This document shows positions 6,710 through 12,973 of a DNA stretch of 12,973 bases, one piece after another. Within the stretch, counting starts at the first letter, position 1; every line of letters begins with the position of its first letter. The position numbers were made by a program, and so were the translations under genes. Origin of the DNA: Deinococcales bacterium (GTDB lineage: Bacteria; Deinococcota; Deinococci; Deinococcales; JAAFIG01); the NCBI GenBank assembly GCA_031414595.1, contig JANNVX010000030.1:1-12973 (forward strand). Direction: 5' to 3'. The notes below the pieces were generated by a model. The model was not told the DNA's origin. It made no database searches and saw only the letters and a list, made by a program, of their open reading frames with translations.

Positions 6710-9517
6710 TTAAATCCACGGAAGCGGAATATTTTTTTGTTGATTAGGCAAGAGAATAGTATTGTTTTTTTCAACCATGTCATTTATCTTTTCACAAAGC
6801 CAATGATATGGTTTTTTGTTTTCACTCAGATGTGTAAGTGTAATTGCGGCTTTTTCTATTTCATTTTTTTTCACATAAAGATTGGCAAGAATACATAACG
6901 CATATTGAAAAATTTGATAATCGTGTTGATTAAGGGCAATATTAATAACACTCATCAATTCATTTTCTGCTTTGCCATACTCTTTTGCCTTCAAAAAAAA
7001 TTCACATAGCGCAACTCGAAAGAATGCAAGCATGTTATTGTTGGTATTTTCAAATTCACCTAGATATTCTTCTATTTGTTTACTGGAATCTTCTAAGTTA
7101 TCCTGATGAAGAAAGAAGAAAATTTTGCATATTTTTAATTGTTGCTGAATATAACGATCATTTAAGTTTTTGGCAATTTTTTCATGCTCTAAAAGCTCAT
7201 TATAAGATTCAATACTTTTTTCAGCAAGACAGAAAATTCTAAAATATGAAATACTTGCATTCAAATAAAGTACGTGGTGTATTTCATTTAGCTCTAAAAA
7301 TATTTTCTTTGCATCGAAATACATTTTTTTTGCATTTCTATATTTACCCTGAAACATATAAACAGTAGCTAAATTCTGCTTTATTATAGCTTCTCGAAGA
7401 GGTAAATCTAATGAATGTGAGATATTTGCTGCTCTTTCAAAAAATTTAATACAAATGTCATGTTTTGTGGCATCTCTGGCGATCATACCAAGCACATTAA
7501 ATACTTTCAGTTTCAACAAAGAATTAGCAGCATTCTCGAGAATATCATGGGCTTTTTCTGCATGGTTTAGTGCTTTATCAAAGTTATGTACTCGATTAAG
7601 CAACCAAGCCGCATTTATCCTTAAACTCCCCAAAGCATTTATCAATTCCGCATCCTCTGCCCCCGCCTTCTCTGTCAACGCCATCTTAGGCTCGAGAACC
7701 CGAATAGCAGCTTCAAACAACTGCACTCCCTCTTCAAACCTCGCCCGTGCATCAAATAAACTGACCACATCTTGCAACCTATCAAACCGCGCTAAATCTG
7801 GGTGTTCACATAACCACCCCCATGCACTTTTGATATTCTCGAGGTCGGTTTCAAATGCCCCTAAAACCACGCCTGCTTGGGCTGTTCGCACAAGCGGCGC
7901 GTTCTGCTCAGTCCAAGCCAAGAACACTTCGGCATGGGCGGCTTTGGCGGTTTTGGCTTCTTTGGGGATGCCCTCGAGTGCTTCAAGGCTGTACTGGGCA
8001 ATCAGAGGATGCAGCCTGTACCGCCCATTTTGCAAATTCTGTACCAACGATTTACTGACCAAAGCAGCAATCACCGTTAAATTACTGCCCATGACTTGCA
8101 ACGCCGCCACCCTCGAGAATCCATCGCGGAACACGGCTAGTCGCATTAGCCCTTGGCGTTGCGGGTTACTCAGTAACGACCAAGACCAGTTAAAGACGGC
8201 TCGCATACTGCGGTGACGCTCGCGCCCGTGGCTGGTCTCAAGGGCATCAAGGTGTTGTTGTATGGCTTCTAATATCGCTTCGAGCGGTAAGACACTAATC
8301 ATGGCGGCAGCCAGTTCTATGGCGAGTGGAAACCGTTCTAAGGCATCACAGATTTTAAGCGCGGTTTTGGTCTGCCAAACAAAATTGGTACCTGTGCGCC
8401 GACAAGCCAAGTCCAGTAACTCGAGGGCGGATTCATCGTCGGCAAAACCACCCAAGGGGAAAACGGTTTCGCCCAGCACCCCAAGTCGTTCACGGCTGGT
8501 CAGTAGAATTCGTAGGTTCGGGCAGGACTCGAGCAGGGTTTCTAGCATTGTGCCAATGCTGATTAAATGTTCAGCATTATCGAGTAGCAGCACCACGTCT
8601 TTTTGTCCAATTTGGCTTTGCAGTTGCTCGAGTGGTTGGCTGCTGCTTTCGCGGTAACTCATGGCACGTAAACAAGCACTGGGGACTTCTGAAGGCTCGA
8701 GAATCGGCTCGAGTGGCACAAAAACAGTTTGTGTATCTTCGGGTAGGGCGCGTAATACCTCGAGTGCCAAACGGGATTTACCCGCGCCACCGTACCCAAC
8801 AATGGTAATGAAGCGCTGGTCTTGGAGTAGTTTCTCGAGGGTAGTTTGTTCGCTGCGGAACACAAAACCAGAAATAGCCGTAGGTAAGTGACGCACGCTT
8901 ATTTTGTTTCGGTTGGGAATACTGATATTTAAGTCCAGCAATTCTTGGCGTAGTGTAAGGGCTAAATCATGCTGGCAATCTTCAAAAATACCAAGGAGGG
9001 TCAGTACCTCTTCGGTCTCGAGCGGCGTGGTTTTAGCAAGAGTATAGGCAGCCACGGCTTGTTGGGCGGCTTTGGGCAAATCGGCTTGTTCTAAGGCAGC
9101 TTGTGCCAAATGCAAATGGGCTTGGCAGACTCGAGCGGCAATGTGTTCGCGTGTCACCAGCACCCATTCTTCAAATTCTGTAGAATCAAATTGCACCCCA
9201 GCTAAGAATTCGCCCGTGTACAATTCAACCGCCGCCGCTTGGTCGCCTCGGTCTAATTTCTCGAGCAGCAGTGCCGCATCGCAAGGAATCGCACAGGTAA
9301 GGGTTTTTTGTTCCTCGAGCAGGGCTTTGGTATTGCGTAATTGCTGCAACACAACCCGTAAGCTGGTGGCAGCATCCGAGGCGTTACCAAAAAAAAGTTG
9401 GCGCACGTGGGTTCTGGGTTTGCCTCCCTCGAGTGCCAAGTATGCCAGCAGCGACAGGGTTTTAGGGCGGCTGAGGGCATTATTCTCGAGTGCTAATTTT
9501 CCCAGTGTCAGCAGCAT
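6710..9517 (-). CDS. AfsR-like STAND transcriptional regulator: SARP-type wHTH + BTAD + NB-ARC ATPase + TPR
   Basis: N-terminal LLAYLALEG..PR....LF...SLRV.L..LR; BTAD-like AVELYTGEFL.G....FEEW....RE; Walker A GYGGAGKS; Walker B LLLLDNAEH; ILLTSRE; FPLAIELAA; WSW.LL; YRLHPL; TPR-like C-terminus. Confidence 0.9.
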   Translation of the reverse strand: MLLTLGKLALENNALSRPKTLSLLAYLALEGGKPRTHVRQLFFGNASDAATSLRVVLQQLRNTKALLEEQKTLTCAIPCDAALLLEKLDRGDQAAAVELYTGEFLAGVQFDSTEFEEWVLVTREHIAARVCQAHLHLAQAALEQADLPKAAQQAVAAYTLAKTTPLETEEVLTLLGIFEDCQHDLALTLRQELLDLNISIPNRNKISVRHLPTAISGFVFRSEQTTLEKLLQDQRFITIVGYGGAGKSRLALEVLRALPEDTQTVFVPLEPILEPSEVPSACLRAMSYRESSSQPLEQLQSQIGQKDVVLLLDNAEHLISIGTMLETLLESCPNLRILLTSRERLGVLGETVFPLGGFADDESALELLDLACRRTGTNFVWQTKTALKICDALERFPLAIELAAAMISVLPLEAILEAIQQHLDALETSHGRERHRSMRAVFNWSWSLLSNPQRQGLMRLAVFRDGFSRVAALQVMGSNLTVIAALVSKSLVQNLQNGRYRLHPLIAQYSLEALEGIPKEAKTAKAAHAEVFLAWTEQNAPLVRTAQAGVVLGAFETDLENIKSAWGWLCEHPDLARFDRLQDVVSLFDARARFEEGVQLFEAAIRVLEPKMALTEKAGAEDAELINALGSLRINAAWLLNRVHNFDKALNHAEKAHDILENAANSLLKLKVFNVLGMIARDATKHDICIKFFERAANISHSLDLPLREAIIKQNLATVYMFQGKYRNAKKMYFDAKKIFLELNEIHHVLYLNASISYFRIFCLAEKSIESYNELLEHEKIAKNLNDRYIQQQLKICKIFFFLHQDNLEDSSKQIEEYLGEFENTNNNMLAFFRVALCEFFLKAKEYGKAENELMSVINIALNQHDYQIFQYALCILANLYVKKNEIEKAAITLTHLSENKKPYHWLCEKINDMVEKNNTILLPNQQKNIPLPWI

Positions 9518-9529
9518 GTGAGAATTCTA
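9518..9529 (-). promoter_or_regulatory. Leaderless -10 box TAGAAT-N6-ATG
   Basis: Same 6-nt spacing as five other starts in the window, with no SD sequence. Confidence 0.65.
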
Positions 9530-9625
9530 ACAGTTTTAAGGTTAGCACCTCGTCAGGGTTTCTCTTGCGGGTTGCAGATGCACTAGGCGCTCGGCTCGAG
9601 TTGCCATGTTTGGTGATAGGTAAAA

Positions 9626-9982
9626 CTAGGCAAATTCCAAAAATTGTGGTGGGGCAAACAGACCACGCTTACGCAAGGGCAAAGGTGACTCGGTTTCACA
9701 AAGTTGTCTAAGTCGTGGCATAGTCAATGCCGATTCAAGTAAGTAAAAAGGCACAGGCAATACGACAGCCGATTGTGTCCAAGCAGGGGATAGTTGCCCA
9801 CGACGTTCGGCAAGTAACTCGAGAATCGCAGCAGCTACAGTTTTATGGGCAACTGAATCAAACAACGGCTCGGGAATGACCGCCAAATCTGCAAAATGAA
9901 CCAGTAAATCCTGTGCGTATTGGCGCAACTCAAGACTACGACGATTCAAAGCCGCTCGTGCTAATTCATTGAGCATACTCAT
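9626..9982 (-). CDS. Partner of the DUF6036-like nucleotidyltransferase (putative antitoxin)
   Basis: EP......AAA..E.LA...G...P.W......P.YL...ESP.PLRKRGLF pattern, recalled from partners of these NTases. Overlaps the upstream gene. Confidence 0.6.
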   Translation of the reverse strand: MSMLNELARAALNRRSLELRQYAQDLLVHFADLAVIPEPLFDSVAHKTVAAAILELLAERRGQLSPAWTQSAVVLPVPFYLLESALTMPRLRQLCETESPLPLRKRGLFAPPQFLEFA

Positions 9983-10493
9983 TCTCCCAGAGGTCTAAAA
10001 AGGCGTAATGCGCTTTTAACTCATCCCCTTTACTCAAAAAAGGTTCAACTGCTGCCCAAATTTCTTCTTTTGAACCACGCAGTTCTTTAAGTAAACGTTT
10101 TGCATCTTGAATGTCGGTGTCATCACGCCAAGCGCTGAGTTTCATTGCTAAAAGCTGCTTAGGGCTGACTTGTTGCACTTCTATACCCTTGGCTGAAATT
10201 AGGGTTTGACCTAAATCTAACCCCACTACAAAACCTTTTGCGCCATCATTTAGCCAATCGTCGGGTAAATTCATCTCGAGGGCAACTTGTAGCGCTAACT
10301 GCCGAATTTGAACGGCATTTGGTGGGCTAAAAAAAATCGCATCAACATCTCGAGTGCTTGCCCGTGCATGATACGCCAAAGTCATGACTGCACCACCAAC
10401 CAAAGCCATACGAAGCGTCAGGTTTTGCTGGTCGGCTAATTCCCCTAAGCGGCGTAGAGCTTGGTCTATTTGGGATGCAGAAAGCAACTCCAT
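9966..10493 (-). CDS. DUF6036/AbiEii-like nucleotidyltransferase
   Basis: LVGGA.M......R.STRDVD, WLND and LLAMKL.A.R...D..D motifs. TACACT-N6-ATG supports a start at 10493. Confidence 0.8.
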   Translation of the reverse strand: MELLSASQIDQALRRLGELADQQNLTLRMALVGGAVMTLAYHARASTRDVDAIFFSPPNAVQIRQLALQVALEMNLPDDWLNDGAKGFVVGLDLGQTLISAKGIEVQQVSPKQLLAMKLSAWRDDTDIQDAKRLLKELRGSKEEIWAAVEPFLSKGDELKAHYAFLDLWENEYAQ

Positions 10494-10573
10494 AGGCACA
10501 GTGTACCCAAAACAAGTCGAACTTAGAAGATACGGGTTTTAGTGAGATTCATCTCGAGACCTCGATTTTTGGT

Positions 10574-10607
10574 GATTACGCTTTGATTACGGTTCGGAGT
10601 TTACAGT
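10574..10607 (+). promoter_or_regulatory. Activator-type promoter GATTACG-N4-GATTACG-N10-TACAGT
   Basis: Heptamers at 10574 and 10585 and a -10-like box at 10602-10607. Same geometry as 4300-4333. Confidence 0.75.
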
Positions 10608-10704
10608 TCGCCACAGTTCAGCCAAGCCGCCAGCCCAAGCCTCTCACCTCGAGAACCCTACAAGCCTTTGTATTGGCTCGAGAGAAAACCAAGGAGCAAC
10701 ACCC

Positions 10705-11421
10705 ATGAGCAAAAAATGGAAAGTCACTGATGAATCCGTAGCCTTCACAGACCGTCTCGCCGCTAAACTCCAAGCCCATTACAAACGCATTGAACAAACC
10801 GAAACCGTGCGTTTAATAGAAAGCGAAGGCACACCACCGGGTTTGGTTGCCAAAATCGTCAAGTACATCCTGCTCGAGGTTTTTAGTTACGGACCTCATG
10901 TCACCGAAGCGACTTTTACCGCCATTGGACGCTTGCCAAAATCCCGTCCAGACCTAATGAAACCGATGATTATCCATGACCTTTCCGAAGTTGACCACGG
11001 CGAAATGGCACTCGAGGATTTTGTTAAACTCGGCGGCAACGAACAATGGGCGCGAACCAGACAAATCACCCCAGCCAGTTTTGTGATGAGCGCCACTGTC
11101 CGCATGATCGGCGAACGCCAAAGCCCCTTTGCATACCTTGGGTATATGTACTTATTCGAGTGCTTAACCCCAGTGCTGACCGAACGCGCTCAGGTGGCAC
11201 TTGCTAAAAAAGGCTTCCCAAGCAACGCCCAGCGTTTTATAGATGTTCATGCCAAAGAAGACATTGCCCATGCCGACGAACTCGCCCGACTGATTCAAAA
11301 AGTCGTGACCGATTACCCCGAAGAAGAAAGCGCGATTGAATTTGGCTTCGATTGCTTCGCAACAGTCTACCCACTGCCGATTTGGGAAGCTGCCCTAAGT
11401 CACGCCAAAGCCGAGAAGTAA
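10705..11421 (+). CDS. Heme-oxygenase-like diiron enzyme (iron-containing redox enzyme; PqqC/CADD/TenA fold)
   Basis: Helical 238-aa protein with E..H (SEVDH), LGYMYLFE and F...HAKEDIAH metal-ligand motifs. AAGGAG RBS. Confidence 0.8.
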   Translation: MSKKWKVTDESVAFTDRLAAKLQAHYKRIEQTETVRLIESEGTPPGLVAKIVKYILLEVFSYGPHVTEATFTAIGRLPKSRPDLMKPMIIHDLSEVDHGEMALEDFVKLGGNEQWARTRQITPASFVMSATVRMIGERQSPFAYLGYMYLFECLTPVLTERAQVALAKKGFPSNAQRFIDVHAKEDIAHADELARLIQKVVTDYPEEESAIEFGFDCFATVYPLPIWEAALSHAKAEK

Positions 11422-11433
11422 GGGGAGTGTGCC

Positions 11434-12216
11434 ATGTCTCGAGATACCGGTATTTTTAAGGACAATCACTTTTTACTCTTAGCGCCAGCCAATGCGCGAA
11501 TCCCAAGCGTATTTTCTCGAGTTGAAGAAAACAAAGAGTTACACGAGACATGGCTGACCAAGCTCCAGCAGTTGCGTGGCAAGGTTTTTTTAGAAGATGG
11601 TGCAATCAAAGAAAGTCATTTGGATGAACAAGGCAGGCACGTTTCAAAACTCGACATAAATTCATGGCATTTTTTAGTGATGAGTCCAGAAGAACAAATA
11701 CGTGGTGTGATGCGAACCCAAATCTGGTACTACGATGACCGCCTACCTGAACTTTGCGAACTAAACTTGTACGGTTTGCTCGAGCGAATGCCAGACCTCG
11801 AGTTACGCCAGAAATTTACAACCGCCTTAAACAACTTTATGCACCAACCCAACGACAACGCTTGTTTTATGGAAGTTTCCGCCTTGGCCGTAGATGCCGC
11901 CAGCCAAGGCTTCACGATTGGTTCAATGCTTGGAATTTCAGGGTATTCAATTGCCAATATCGTAGATGCTTACGCGGCAGTAGGCGCAGGCACAGACCGA
12001 CATCACACAGCACGGTTTTATCACAAGCTCGGAGGAATGAGTTTTCGAGACTCGAGTAACCCAGAAGTGGTCTTACCACCATTTTTTGATACTGGTTATA
12101 ACTGCCAAATGGACATTATGGCGTTCTTCAAAGACCAACCAGCCCCAGCGACAAAGGAGATGATAACAATTGTAGAAGAAAAACTTTGTGCTGCACAAGT
12201 ATATGTTAATCGGTAA
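11434..12216 (+). CDS. GNAT-fold acyltransferase resembling N-acyl amino acid synthase (FeeM) / LuxI families
   Basis: LRGKVF...G, D..SWHFLV.....I.G.MR, EVSALAV and FY.KLG motifs. GGGGAG RBS; starts 12 nt after the oxidase gene. Confidence 0.6.
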   Translation: MSRDTGIFKDNHFLLLAPANARIPSVFSRVEENKELHETWLTKLQQLRGKVFLEDGAIKESHLDEQGRHVSKLDINSWHFLVMSPEEQIRGVMRTQIWYYDDRLPELCELNLYGLLERMPDLELRQKFTTALNNFMHQPNDNACFMEVSALAVDAASQGFTIGSMLGISGYSIANIVDAYAAVGAGTDRHHTARFYHKLGGMSFRDSSNPEVVLPPFFDTGYNCQMDIMAFFKDQPAPATKEMITIVEEKLCAAQVYVNR

Positions 12217-12246
12217 CGGCTCGAGAATTCTAGTTTGGAGGTTTTT

Positions 12247-12825
12247 ATGTTGGATGGCTACGAAAACATTAAAATAGATCGTGAACTAAGCCCTGATGGA
12301 CTAATTAAACAGCTTGAAACTCAACTTGACCTAAATCGAATTGCTGCGGCTTGGAAATTGGCTGACCCAGATTATTCAGATTGGAAACCACCTATTCCGT
12401 TTCCCCCTACTCCTGAGCCTAAAACCCCGCGTGAACTTTTAGAAGAAATCAGAAAGCGTTTTATCGGATGGAATGTGCGAACGGCAAGTTTACAAGAATT
12501 GATTGAACAAGCACAACAAAAAGCGAAATCAGCCACTTTGACTGCTACTGCTAAGGCTCAAGCTATTTTCTACGTCAAGATTTTGATTACAGCTTGCAAA
12601 GATGACCTCATCCCTATTTCTTTAAGAGATGCGCTTATCACAGCGATTAACCAACAAGACTTTGCGTCAATAAATCGTTTGCTAATTATTATATTTGTCA
12701 ATTTGGGTTTGGATGTCAATGTGGCAAAAACTGCGGCAGCTTTTATCACAAGTGGGTTTGATGGATTGCGTGTAGGCGACAATTTGTGCGAAGTTTTAGA
12801 GGAAGTGCTAAACAGAACAAGATAA
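12247..12825 (+). CDS. Hypothetical helical protein with a Pro-rich linker
   Basis: GGAGG at 12237-12241 before ATG 12247. Contains KPPIPFPPTPEPKTP. No family recognised. Confidence 0.7.
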   Translation: MLDGYENIKIDRELSPDGLIKQLETQLDLNRIAAAWKLADPDYSDWKPPIPFPPTPEPKTPRELLEEIRKRFIGWNVRTASLQELIEQAQQKAKSATLTATAKAQAIFYVKILITACKDDLIPISLRDALITAINQQDFASINRLLIIIFVNLGLDVNVAKTAAAFITSGFDGLRVGDNLCEVLEEVLNRTR

Positions 12826-12833
12826 CGGCACAA

Positions 12834-12973
12834 TGAATTGTCAAGAAGTCGTGGACATGAAGGTCGGTACTTGAGCCTTACACCAGTTTTCCTCGAACTC
12901 AGCAGGTGATTTATAGCCAATTGTGGAGTGTAGCCGTTTCCGATTATAGAACACTTCAATCCACTCGAACACC
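12834..12973 (-). mobile_element. Right end of an IS3-family insertion sequence
   Basis: Terminal-repeat-like TGAATTGTCAAGAAGTCGTGGACA at 12834-12857 (TG terminus), plus the transposase C-terminus. Confidence 0.85.
12841..12973 (-). CDS. IS3-family transposase OrfB C-terminus (partial; not in the ORF track)
   Basis: Manual translation [30 protein letters not shown]...TTS* contains the IS3 'YN..R.HS.LGY.SP..FE' motif. Confidence 0.9.
   Translation of the reverse strand, partial: VFEWIEVFYNRKRLHSTIGYKSPAEFEENWCKAQVPTFMSTTS

Noticed and set aside
6710-9517. Calling the STAND protein an Avs-type antiphage effector
   Set aside because: Its N-terminus is a wHTH-BTAD transcription module, not a nuclease, TIR, SIR2 or membrane effector.
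6985-9711. Plus-strand ORFs such as 7455..8216, 8262..8657 and 9072..9521
   Set aside because: They are antisense shadows of the motif-rich regulator gene, Ser/Ala-biased and with no recognisable domains.
10615-10700. CAAGCC iterations in the oxidase leader as a riboswitch or leader peptide
   Set aside because: Three short irregular copies, with no convincing stem structure or small ORF.
11434-12216. Calling the acyltransferase luxI
   Set aside because: The resemblance is only at fold or motif level. The E.SR arginine is absent and no LuxR is present in the window.
12570-12959. 129-aa minus-strand ORF as the transposase
   Set aside because: Wrong frame: the IS3 motif is in another frame that stops at 12841, and this ORF runs antisense through the upstream gene.
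1-12973. Composite transposon bounded by the two IS fragments
   Set aside because: The elements belong to different families with unrelated ends, so independent insertions are more likely.

Overview
A 13-kb accessory region, probably from a Deinococcus-Thermus lineage bacterium. That placement is inferred from leaderless TANNNT-N6-ATG promoters and very frequent CTCGAG. The window lies between the left end of an IS5-like element and the right end of an IS3-family element. Left part (0.3-4.2 kb): a dense toxin-antitoxin array (DUF4258/YgiT-like, a frameshifted PIN with an RHH-like partner, RelE-like/HTH, BrnT/BrnA, VapC/RHH-like) punctuated by four co-oriented copies of a hairpin repeat. Right part: a 935-aa SARP-wHTH/BTAD/NB-ARC/TPR (AfsR-like STAND) regulator flanked by two operons whose promoters share the same GATTACG-N4-GATTACG-N10-TANNNT layout. 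One operon encodes a clostripain-family cysteine protease and an unknown protein. The other encodes a heme-oxygenase-like diiron enzyme, a LuxI/FeeM-like acyltransferase and an unknown protein. The protease operon and the regulator's C-terminal TPR region form one AT-rich, CTCGAG-free block that looks swapped in as a unit. A DUF6036-like nucleotidyltransferase pair sits between the regulator and the second operon. All family assignments come from motif recognition by eye, not from database searches.
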